A DNA stretch of 64,000 bases. It comes from an uncultured archaeon. Lineage in GTDB: Archaea; Altiarchaeota; Altiarchaeia; IMC4; QMZM01. The stretch spans positions 1-64,000 of the forward strand of contig CAZJVE010000003.1 of assembly GCA_964549685.1 (NCBI GenBank), written 5' to 3'. Positions 55,979 through 64,000 of the stretch are shown here, one piece after another. The notes beneath the pieces are model-generated. The model saw only the letters and a program-made list of their open reading frames with translations. It did not search any database and was not told the origin of the DNA. The translations under genes were made by a program, and so were the position numbers. Numbering within the stretch: the first letter of the stretch is position 1; each line of letters begins with the position of its first letter.

Positions 55979-56860
55979 ATGAAAACCGATAGGATAAAGG
56001 AATGGTTAAAGGCGCTCATTGATATTCTGAGGCTAAGAAACGGCATTATGTCATTCTTCGGCGTTTTGATTGCAGCCGAGATAGCGCTCTATGGCGGCCA
56101 TCTTATGCTACCTGTCAGGGTAATAATCGCAGGAATCTCTGCAGCCATGATAACCAGTGCCGGAAATATAATCAACGACTACTTCGACGTTGAGATAGAC
56201 AAGATTAACAAGCCGGACAGGCCCATCCCATCAGGGAGGATATCCAGGAGCGACGCCCTCATGCTGTCGTTCGCTCTCTTCATGATAGGGCTCGGCTTGG
56301 CAAAATATGTGAACGTCTACTGTCTCGCCCTTGCGGGACTGAACTCCGTTCTCCTGATAATATACGGCAGATACTCAAAGAAGATGTTCATCATCTCGAA
56401 TCTCATAGTGAGTTACCTTGTTGCCTCAATATTTATCTTTGGAGCGCTGTCCGTGATAAATATGGCTGATTTCGGTTCGATGGGTTTGAGGCTCGTGGCT
56501 TTATTGTCCTCCTGCGCGTTCCTTATAACCCTCTCAAGGGAGATTGTAAAGGACGTTGAGGACATTGAGGGCGATAAAAAGAACTACTGCAGCACGCTGC
56601 CCATATGCATAGGCCCGGATAATGCAAAGAACCTGGCAAAGATCTTCATTGCCTTCGCCATAGTCCTGAGCCTTGTGCCGTTTGTAACGCAACCAGTTAG
56701 ATTCGACCTTTTGTCCTATGCTCTCCCGATAATAGCTGCGGACCTCATCTTCATCATATCACTGACAATGAGCCCGACAATCGCGCAGAGGATTATGGTT
56801 TTCGCCATGTTTCTTGCATTAGTTGGCTTCTCCCTCGGTGCAATAATGCCAAAGGTATAA
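55979..56860 (+). CDS. Digeranylgeranylglyceryl phosphate synthase (UbiA family)
   Basis: NDYFDVEIDKINKPDRPIPSG, REIVKDVEDIEGD. Confidence 0.88.
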   Translation: MKTDRIKEWLKALIDILRLRNGIMSFFGVLIAAEIALYGGHLMLPVRVIIAGISAAMITSAGNIINDYFDVEIDKINKPDRPIPSGRISRSDALMLSFALFMIGLGLAKYVNVYCLALAGLNSVLLIIYGRYSKKMFIISNLIVSYLVASIFIFGALSVINMADFGSMGLRLVALLSSCAFLITLSREIVKDVEDIEGDKKNYCSTLPICIGPDNAKNLAKIFIAFAIVLSLVPFVTQPVRFDLLSYALPIIAADLIFIISLTMSPTIAQRIMVFAMFLALVGFSLGAIMPKV

Positions 56861-56897
56861 CTTAAATTCTGAATCTAATTATTAGAATATCTATTCG

Positions 56898-57009
56898 GCC
56901 TCAGTAGCTCAGTAGGTAGAGCGTTGCCTTGGTATCGCGACCTCGTCGCGATGACGGAGCGTAAGCGACAGAAAGGCAAAGGTCGTGGGTTCGATTCCCA
57001 CCTGAGGCT
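56898..57009 (+). tRNA. tRNA-Thr (GGU) with 39-nt intron at 37/38 (56935-56973)
   Basis: GCCTCAG/CTGAGGC acceptor, TTGCC/GGCAA anticodon stem, GTGGG-TTCGATT-CCCAC T arm, U73. Confidence 0.88.
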
Positions 57010-57018
57010 TATTTCTGC

Positions 57019-58758
57019 TCAGTATTTCTCAAGTGTTGAAGTGTCTCCCAAGGGAAGGCCTAACTCCTGCGCCTTGAGAAGCCGCCTCATTATTTTCCCG
57101 CTTCTTGTTTTCGGCAAGGACTTCCTGAACTCTATCTCCCTTGGATATGCGTGGCCTGCAAGCCGTGTCTTGACGAACTTCTGGACATCCTTCATCAGCT
57201 TGTCCGTGGGCTTGTATCTCTCCCTCAGAACAACGAAGGCCTTTACTATCTCCCCCCTCATCTTGTCAGGTTTTCCTATCACTCCGGCTTCCACTATTGC
57301 GGGATGCTCCACAAGAGCTGATTCTACTTCAAAGGGCCCAACCCTCTCCCCTGCTGTCTTGATAACATCATCAGCACGACCTATAAACCAGAAATAACCG
57401 TCCTCGTCCATCCATGCCTTATCTCCTGAGATGTACCACTTCTTCCTAAAATATGACTTATACTTCTGGGGATTCCCCCATATCTCCCTCATCATTGATG
57501 GCCACCCAGGCTTCAGGGCCAGGTCTCCCTCGGTTCCGGGCGGAAGCTCCTTCCCATTGTCATCGATTATAGCAGCGCTAACCCCGGGAAAAGGCTTGCC
57601 CATGGACCCCGGTTTGATGGGCATGCAAGCATAATTTGCAATGAGAATTCCGCCGCCCTCGGTCTGCCACCAGTTGTCGTGAAACGGAAGCCCGAACACC
57701 TTTAAACTCCAGCGTATCGGCTCAGGGTTTAATGGTTCTCCAACTGAGCATAAATGCCTCAGGGTTGAGAGGTCGTATTTTTTCGGGAGCCTGTTGCCGG
57801 CCTTCATCAGCATCCGTATGGCAGTAGGAGCAGTATACCATATGCTGACCTTATATTTCTCAATCAATGAATACCACTTCTCTGGATTGAACCTCCCTGC
57901 GTAGACAACCTGGGAAACGCCACTGGACCAGGAGCCAAGGATTTCATAGGCGACACCCGTGACCCATCCCGGGTCTGCGGTGCACCAGTAGACATCATCG
58001 TCATTCAAATCGAGAACCCATTTTGCAGTTATGTGCTCCTGAATTATGGAGTAATGGGCGTGCATCACGCCCTTCGGCTTTCCTGTTGTTCCTGACGTAT
58101 AGAGCATGAAGGCATGGTCTTCGGGGTCCATCTCCCTCGTTTTGAAATTCCTGCTCGCCCGGTCCATCTCCTTTTCATAGCATACCTCGTTGTGATGGAA
58201 GTTTTTGTCCCCCACAAGAATAATCTTCTCAAGCTCAGGCAGCTCCTTCTCGATCTGGTAGGCCCTGTGCTTCAGTTCGGAATTAGTTATAAGAAATTTC
58301 GCCCCGGAATTCTCCAGCCTGTCCTTGATTCCCTGCGGACCAAATGCGGAGAACATAGTGCCAGCGATGGCTCCGGTCTTCACAATGCCCAGAAAGCTTA
58401 TATACAGCTCCGGAATCCTCGGCAGGAATATGAATACTCTGTCACCTTTCCTGACACCCATCTTCTTCAGGACGTTGGCGAATTTATTGGACAGATTCTT
58501 AAGGTCCTGGAACGTGTATTTCTCCTCCTCCCCGTCGGCTCCCTCCCAGTAGAGCGCTACCTTGTTCTTTCTCCACCCGTTTGCGTGCCTGTCAATCGCG
58601 TTATGGGCGACATTAATCTTTCTTCCCTTGAAGAACTCAATCTCCTTCTCCATATCCTTCCATCTGAAATCATTTACTGCATCATCATAGTCCCTAAAGT
58701 TGGGCTCCTTCTTTAGTTTTTTCTTATGAACAAGTTTAGAAGACTGCATTTTTATCAT
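57019..58758 (-). CDS. acsA: AMP-forming acetyl-CoA synthetase
   Basis: YTSGTTGKPKG, TADPGWVTG, SVGEPLNPE, WWQTE, LPKTRSGKIMRR. Confidence 0.93.
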   Translation of the reverse strand: MIKMQSSKLVHKKKLKKEPNFRDYDDAVNDFRWKDMEKEIEFFKGRKINVAHNAIDRHANGWRKNKVALYWEGADGEEEKYTFQDLKNLSNKFANVLKKMGVRKGDRVFIFLPRIPELYISFLGIVKTGAIAGTMFSAFGPQGIKDRLENSGAKFLITNSELKHRAYQIEKELPELEKIILVGDKNFHHNEVCYEKEMDRASRNFKTREMDPEDHAFMLYTSGTTGKPKGVMHAHYSIIQEHITAKWVLDLNDDDVYWCTADPGWVTGVAYEILGSWSSGVSQVVYAGRFNPEKWYSLIEKYKVSIWYTAPTAIRMLMKAGNRLPKKYDLSTLRHLCSVGEPLNPEPIRWSLKVFGLPFHDNWWQTEGGGILIANYACMPIKPGSMGKPFPGVSAAIIDDNGKELPPGTEGDLALKPGWPSMMREIWGNPQKYKSYFRKKWYISGDKAWMDEDGYFWFIGRADDVIKTAGERVGPFEVESALVEHPAIVEAGVIGKPDKMRGEIVKAFVVLRERYKPTDKLMKDVQKFVKTRLAGHAYPREIEFRKSLPKTRSGKIMRRLLKAQELGLPLGDTSTLEKY

Positions 58759-58788
58759 TAGACTATTTCTCGCAGAAGTTAAAAAGAT

Positions 58789-59592
58789 TCATTTTCCTTT
58801 TGATTGGATAATGACGGAGTTTATAAGAGCCCCGAGCAAAAGGAGAACCGCTGTGATGTAAACCCATGTGAGTAGAACTATTATCCCCCCTATGGAGCCG
58901 TAGATTACGCTATATCTTCCAAAATTCCTTACATAGAATCTGAAGACATAGGTTGCAAGAATCCAGACGAAGGAGAAGAACGCTGCTCCAGGTAAAAGCC
59001 TGTGGAAGGGCCGGTTTATGTTTGGCACGAACCTGTTCAGGAGCAGTATATTCAGGGTTACAAGAACGAATGTTCCGGCCACCTGGAGCAGCTCCAAAGG
59101 CAGATTACCTCCGCCCGCCCATCCGAGAATCGTGTCCCCGATGAAGACAAACATTGTTGAAAGCATGAAGAGAGAAACAGCAACGATGAGCAGAACCATC
59201 GAGAATATCTTCCTCCTGAGGAATGACCTGCTCTCCTCCACCTCGTAAATCCTGTCGAATGCCTTTATCGTAGAGTCCATTACTGTCGAGCCGGCCCATA
59301 GGGTAATCAGTAAGCTCAGGCCGAATATACCTATTGAATTGGAGCCAATCATGTCCACAATTGCACTGTTTATGAAATCTATCGCCATTGGGGGTGCAAA
59401 GTCATAGATGAGGACAAAAAACTGGGCCTGTATACCGGAGTATTTAGACAGAAGGCCAACAATGGAAACTAGAAGGAGGAGGAATGGGAACATAGAGAAC
59501 AGGCTCTGGTACGATATTTCAGCAGATAAACCGAAACAGTCGTGCCTGTTGAATTTTTCATATATCCTTTTTACAAATTCCATTAATTTCAT
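58789..59592 (-). CDS. YihY/BrkB-family membrane protein
   Basis: FSMFPFLL, YSVIYGSIGGIIVLLTWVY. Confidence 0.85.
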   Translation of the reverse strand: MKLMEFVKRIYEKFNRHDCFGLSAEISYQSLFSMFPFLLLLVSIVGLLSKYSGIQAQFFVLIYDFAPPMAIDFINSAIVDMIGSNSIGIFGLSLLITLWAGSTVMDSTIKAFDRIYEVEESRSFLRRKIFSMVLLIVAVSLFMLSTMFVFIGDTILGWAGGGNLPLELLQVAGTFVLVTLNILLLNRFVPNINRPFHRLLPGAAFFSFVWILATYVFRFYVRNFGRYSVIYGSIGGIIVLLTWVYITAVLLLLGALINSVIIQSKGK

Positions 59593-59628
59593 CTTGTTAA
59601 TTATATTAGATAAAACACAATAGATAAC

Positions 59629-60213
59629 ATGCCTGTCAAAAAAGCGATGCTCGAGGTTGTGAGGCACGTTGAGGACATAGTAGAGGGACTTAATGAGAAG
59701 CAGATAGCCGCCATGATAGAGGCCATAGAGGGGGCCGATAAGGTTTTCATGATTGGTGCGGGAAGGTCGGGAATGGCTTCAAGGGCTTTTGCGATGCGTC
59801 TCGTGCAGCTGGGTCTTACAGCCTATGTTGTCGGCGAATCAGTGACCCCTGCAATGACTGACAGAGACCTGCTAATAGCCGTCTCCGGCTCCGGAGAAAC
59901 GAAATCCATCGTTTCTGCTGCCAGGACCGCAAAGGGTGTAGGGTCGACGATTCTTGCTGTTACATCATATCCAAGCTCAAGGCTCGGCAGGATTGCTGAC
60001 ATGAGGGTCACGATAAAGGGTAGAACCAAGATAGACGTTGAGAAGGACCACCTGAAGCACCAGATTGTGGGCACGCACTCGACTCTAACCCCACTGGGAA
60101 CCCTCTTCGAGGACACTGTCATGATATTCTTCGACGGGATAATAGCAAAGCTGATGTCGGACCTGAAAAAGGATGAGTTAGAGATGAAGAACAGGCACGC
60201 GACGCTTGAGTGA
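59629..60213 (+). CDS. hxlB: 6-phospho-3-hexuloisomerase
   Basis: GAGRSG, FAMRL, SGSGET, PLGTLFE, RHATLE. Confidence 0.93.
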   Translation: MPVKKAMLEVVRHVEDIVEGLNEKQIAAMIEAIEGADKVFMIGAGRSGMASRAFAMRLVQLGLTAYVVGESVTPAMTDRDLLIAVSGSGETKSIVSAARTAKGVGSTILAVTSYPSSRLGRIADMRVTIKGRTKIDVEKDHLKHQIVGTHSTLTPLGTLFEDTVMIFFDGIIAKLMSDLKKDELEMKNRHATLE

Positions 60214-60228
60214 AACAGGTATATCATA

Positions 60229-60792
60229 TTACTGCAACATTCCAAACCTCTTGTTTTTTGCAGTCATTTTGAGGAAGTATATCAAGCGCTTCTCAAAAAC
60301 AGGTGGGCGATTTCTCGCCATTTCTATCCATCCTATTCGAATTCTTTTGTAGGATTCGGGAAATTTCTGAAAATTCTCCCATGTATTTTTATCTTGTTTC
60401 AAAGCCGTCAATATATCGGGCGCGATTTCTAATTCTTCTCGTTTTGAAGAAGAGTCAAAAGCGTGTTTTATCGCTTTCAGACCGTGGGAGGTCATCCTCT
60501 TTTGTTCGATCATTCGGAAAATGCGTTCCTTATTCATCTCGGAAAGAACACTACCCTTTCTGCGTGGAGTAAATCGCTGTGCGAATCTCTCTTCATCAAT
60601 CTTTTTTACAGTGCTGTCAATCCATCCGTAGCATAATGCCTCTTCCACCGCATCATTATACGGAATCCTTGGTTTACCGGTATGTTTTTTATAGTAAACT
60701 AACCAAATTTCAGTTTCAGTATCATGATGTTTTTTCAACCAAGAACGCCATGCCTTTCTGTCAGTTACATAAAGTGTTTTTCCTATTTCCAT
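60229..60792 (-). CDS. YdeI/OmpD-associated family protein
   Basis: WLVYYKK, AVEEALCYGWIDS, FTPRR. Confidence 0.85.
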   Translation of the reverse strand: MEIGKTLYVTDRKAWRSWLKKHHDTETEIWLVYYKKHTGKPRIPYNDAVEEALCYGWIDSTVKKIDEERFAQRFTPRRKGSVLSEMNKERIFRMIEQKRMTSHGLKAIKHAFDSSSKREELEIAPDILTALKQDKNTWENFQKFPESYKRIRIGWIEMARNRPPVFEKRLIYFLKMTAKNKRFGMLQ

Positions 60793-60794
60793 GT

Positions 60795-61859
60795 CTAGTT
60801 CATCTTAAACCTGAGAACCGCCCCGATTCCGCCCAACGAATGCAGCTGCTTTCCGGCCTCCTCCTCGTGGTTCATTAGATGGAATTTTCCGCTGGTTGAC
60901 TCTACCGCCTTCATCATCGGCTCTATCCTCCCTCTTTCCTCAAGGAACAGGTTGTCGCATATCAGAAGGACATCAACAGCGCCAATATTCGCGGCCCGCT
61001 CCACCTCGTCCAGGCCGTAAACAGCAAGGCCTGTTTCCCTGCCTATCTCGGCAAGGAGCTTGCTAAGGAGCCTTATATCCCTGGCGGAGCTTATGTCACT
61101 GCTTATCTTATTTACTGCGTCCCTCTTCATGACCTCTGCTATTCCATTGGCCCCATGGGAACCGATGTGTTCCAGCACAAGCCTGTCCTTCAGCTCGGGG
61201 TGCTTCTCCTGCATGAACCGGAAGAAATTCTCAGGCTCGAACCCCGCCCCCGCCACGATTATGGTAGATATCTTCTCCCTTTTTTCCGTGTCAAGAATGA
61301 ATTGCGAGCTATGGTGGTAGAATTCCTCCTTTCTCTTTTCCCTCCCCTTGGTTTCGTACTTGCCACCTATTATGTCGGAGAGGGAGTAGTGCTCAATCTT
61401 TGATTCCCTTACAAGGCCGAAATTCGCATCGCCCTCGTCGATTATCGCGATGAGGAGCTTTGGTCTGACGGATGCCTTTTCTGCAGTCCTTAACCTGTCA
61501 AGGTCAAGCTTGGACCAGCCCTCCTTCTGTATCTTAATTGTCGTTCCCTCAACGACGTTGAACGTGTGATGCGAGCCCATTGGGATAAGGTCTTCGGGGC
61601 CTTCCTCGATAACCCCTGTAATCCTCAACGTGTCAGAGATGGAGCTGAATTCCACCTTCTCCAGCCTGATTCCCATGGTTACCTTGACCCTGCTGCTCTT
61701 CTCCCGCGCCATGTCGTCCTTTGCCTTTATCCGCCTGTCTGTCTTTGTTTTAACGAGGTCTCCGGCAGCGAGAACGCTGCTCAGATACCAGAGGTCGTCC
61801 AGGTTCTCTACCTTGAGCTTTACCATGCCGGTCTTCCTGTCAGTGTAGAAGATTTTCAT
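60795..61859 (-). CDS. pelA: mRNA surveillance protein Pelota
   Basis: ENLDDLWYL, GSHHT, LGGIGAVLRF. Confidence 0.93.
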   Translation of the reverse strand: MKIFYTDRKTGMVKLKVENLDDLWYLSSVLAAGDLVKTKTDRRIKAKDDMAREKSSRVKVTMGIRLEKVEFSSISDTLRITGVIEEGPEDLIPMGSHHTFNVVEGTTIKIQKEGWSKLDLDRLRTAEKASVRPKLLIAIIDEGDANFGLVRESKIEHYSLSDIIGGKYETKGREKRKEEFYHHSSQFILDTEKREKISTIIVAGAGFEPENFFRFMQEKHPELKDRLVLEHIGSHGANGIAEVMKRDAVNKISSDISSARDIRLLSKLLAEIGRETGLAVYGLDEVERAANIGAVDVLLICDNLFLEERGRIEPMMKAVESTSGKFHLMNHEEEAGKQLHSLGGIGAVLRFKMN

Positions 61860-61904
61860 GCTATTAGTTATTGATATATCTGTCTGCCTTCAAATAAGGT
61901 TACG

Positions 61905-62177
61905 ATGAAACGTTTGAAAAGAGTCAGAAAATCCGCAATTACAAGGGAGGAGCTCATTGCCGATGCAATATTCCTGTTTATCTCCGCATTCATTTCGTTC
62001 GGCATAGTTTTCCTGTTCGACATACACCGCAGTTTTTATAAGTGGCCCATCTTTCCGCTGAGGTTTATATTCAAGACATATCAACCCTACGTCCTCTTTA
62101 CGTTCATCGGTACGGTTCTCGTGTTCTTTATAATCAAGCTGTTTATCTTTGGTATAAGGGAGGAAGAGGGCGAATAA
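61905..62177 (+). CDS. Small 2-TM hypothetical protein
   Basis: Two hydrophobic segments; clean ORF. Confidence 0.6.
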   Translation: MKRLKRVRKSAITREELIADAIFLFISAFISFGIVFLFDIHRSFYKWPIFPLRFIFKTYQPYVLFTFIGTVLVFFIIKLFIFGIREEEGE

Positions 62178-62278
62178 GTGCTCCCGTCAGAAACGCCTGG
62201 AATACTATATCCTCCAGGATAGTGAGTTTCTTTTCAGATACTATCGTGTTTTTAACGATGGCCTGCGTAATCTTACGT

Positions 62279-63133
62279 ATGGACAAATTGTTCGTATTCT
62301 TTTTGGCCATTGTATTGGTTGTTGCAGCATACGCCATGTATGCAGGCATTAGCGATGTTGCTGAGACCACGTATGAGACCACGTCAACCATTCCTTCTCC
62401 CCCAGACGCATCTGAGGCAGTATCTTCCACGACCACTACGACAACGTCGAGTACCACTAGCACCGTGCCCAGATACGTGGAGGTTGATGTATTTTATGTT
62501 GAGGACTGCAAAAACACTATTTTAGGGAGAATGAATAACATCCTGGTTAATGTTTCAGGCAATAATGTAAATGGTACATGGGGAACTGAACCCAAGCCCA
62601 GGTTTTATTTCTCATGCAATGGTGGTGAATTAACAGAATTTGACAAGGTCCTGGTCAGGGGGGGATCAAGCATCAAGCCGGAAAGTTCTGTCGAGGGGCT
62701 CTACAGGCTTTCAGAAAAATGCGGCCTGACTAAGAAGTTGAAGGATTTTGACAGCTGCTCTGATTTGCAGGTCTTTATAGATTTGGCGTACTTTGACGTC
62801 TCTTCAATTAACTCTTCCAAAGTGACGCAAACATCGTGGGGCATTCCCACAACCACAACAACTACAATCCTGTCAGACAATCCATATCTTGATAAATTCC
62901 GGGGTATGGGCTATCGTAGGCTTGACGTGCATGTTGCCTGGATATGCCCAACGTGCGTTCCGACAGTCAATAAACTGGTCAGGGAGCAGGAGGGCGTCAA
63001 GTCCAGGAGTCTATCCTACGGGCAAGAGGCCAGCTACGTCATATATGACCCCACCCTAGTATCCCAGGAACAGATTCTGAGGTTGATTAACGCAGGGGCC
63101 ACGGCCACCGTCCTCAACGATACCGAGATGTAG
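62279..63133 (+). CDS. Membrane-anchored Thr-rich surface protein with C-terminal HMA-like domain
   Basis: N-terminal TM, poly-Thr linkers, ICPTCVPTV...GV...YDP; start at 62279. Confidence 0.65.
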   Translation: MDKLFVFFLAIVLVVAAYAMYAGISDVAETTYETTSTIPSPPDASEAVSSTTTTTTSSTTSTVPRYVEVDVFYVEDCKNTILGRMNNILVNVSGNNVNGTWGTEPKPRFYFSCNGGELTEFDKVLVRGGSSIKPESSVEGLYRLSEKCGLTKKLKDFDSCSDLQVFIDLAYFDVSSINSSKVTQTSWGIPTTTTTTILSDNPYLDKFRGMGYRRLDVHVAWICPTCVPTVNKLVREQEGVKSRSLSYGQEASYVIYDPTLVSQEQILRLINAGATATVLNDTEM

Positions 63134-63134
63134 T

Positions 63135-63482
63135 ATGAAATTCAGGGACTTGTTTGCTGGCATTAAAGCGAGCATTATCGCCTCGAGCTGCTGCAGCCTT
63201 CCGCTCGCGCTCGCGTTCCTCTTCATGGCAACGGGCGTTGGAAATGTCGTGCTCGCTCTCCATATAGCAAAATATAAGGATTATTTCATCGGGCTGGGGA
63301 CGGCATTCCTGTTCGCTTCCCTTTACGTGCTGATAAAAGAGAAGTCGGGCGGCACGTGCAATGTTTGCGACATGAAGAAAAACTGGAAGATTATCCTGAT
63401 TAACATACTGACGTATGCCGTATTAACGGCAGCAATAGTCTACGGCGTCCTTCCCATTCTGGCTGAGGAGCTATTCAGATAA
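63135..63482 (+). CDS. MerT/MerF-like 3-TM metal transporter
   Basis: ASSCCSLPL in first TM, CNVC loop. Confidence 0.65.
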   Translation: MKFRDLFAGIKASIIASSCCSLPLALAFLFMATGVGNVVLALHIAKYKDYFIGLGTAFLFASLYVLIKEKSGGTCNVCDMKKNWKIILINILTYAVLTAAIVYGVLPILAEELFR

Positions 63483-64000
63483 CTCGCCTTTTACCCCAAC
63501 AACGACCTGTTTAAAGAGTATATTCTTACCAGATGCATCAAGTGCATCCTTTGCGATTTTATACAGGCCAAAACAGCAAGGGACTTCCATATTTGCAACG
63601 GTTAAACTCTTTATCTCGTTGTTCTTCAGTATATGGGTAATCTTCTCCCTGTACAGTTCAGCATCGTCCAGTTTAGGACATCCTATCAGCAAACTCTTTC
63701 CCTTTAATAGTTCATCATGAAAATTGGCGTGGGCGAATGGAACGCAATCTGCTGCTATTAACAAATCTGCCCCGTTCAGATAGGGGGCATTTGGTGGAAC
63801 GAGCATTAGCTGTACTGGCCATTGCCTCAGCTGAGATGCGGCTTTGGTAACGGGTTTGTCATCTCCAGCAGGCCCCTCATCCTTTTCCCTGAAATCCATC
63901 ACCTTTGAGCCAGGGCATCCACAGAGCAGGTCTGTATGTTCATGGCCTTGCGAGGGTTCTTCATCCAGCGGGACTTCAATGCTCTTTTCCTTCAGGAAGT
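63471..64000 (-). CDS. Fe-S cluster-binding protein, C-terminal part (5' end outside window)
   Basis: Frame open to window edge; CGCPGS, QWPVQL, AADC, GCPKLD, MEVPCC. Confidence 0.8.
   Translation of the reverse strand, partial: FLKEKSIEVPLDEEPSQGHEHTDLLCGCPGSKVMDFREKDEGPAGDDKPVTKAASQLRQWPVQLMLVPPNAPYLNGADLLIAADCVPFAHANFHDELLKGKSLLIGCPKLDDAELYREKITHILKNNEIKSLTVANMEVPCCFGLYKIAKDALDASGKNILFKQVVVGVKGELSE

Noticed and set aside
56924-57397. 157-aa ORF; likewise 18897-19088
   Set aside because: They overlap tRNA genes and, for the first, antisense acsA.
60229-60792. AT-rich YdeI-family gene as a mobile element
   Set aside because: No transposase, terminal repeats or target duplication seen; at most an isolated acquisition.
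1-64000. CRISPR arrays, IS elements, prophage and rRNA
   Set aside because: No repeat-spacer periodicity, recombinase/transposase motifs or rRNA-sized non-coding stretch was seen by eye.

Overview
Gene-dense archaeal chromosome segment with a histone, Cdc6/Orc1, SepF, DGGGP synthase, pelota and an intron-containing tRNA. The gene mix and Thr-rich surface proteins suggest an anaerobic, probably non-methanogenic lineage such as Ca. Altiarchaeota; this is inference only. There are four blocks. (1) ~0.5-21 kb, minus strand: a sulfur super-cluster with Sat, APS reductase, a siroheme sulfite reductase plus siroheme synthesis, TusA/SAMP/UbaA relay proteins and many sulfur consumers (SepCysS with tRNA-Cys, ThrC-like enzyme, ThiI, TtuA, LarE, Cys-type Thi4). 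Two recurring palindromic DNA motifs mark its promoters. (2) ~22-32 kb, plus strand: nadA-iscS-iscU, then an uncharacterised 12-gene membrane Fe-S operon. It contains an internally duplicated 4-Cys transporter-like protein, two unannotated paralogous micro-membrane proteins, membrane-anchored ferredoxins, and NapH-like, HdrC-like, HdrB-like, CBS and CcdA-like proteins. This operon is the best candidate for an undescribed system. (3) ~32-43 kb: an interleaved fwd/hdrABC-mvhD operon next to an LbpA-like lipoyl carrier. (4) ~43-64 kb: housekeeping, envelope and regulatory genes. No CRISPR array, transposase or selenocysteine recoding was seen. All calls come from motif recognition by eye; no database searches were run.
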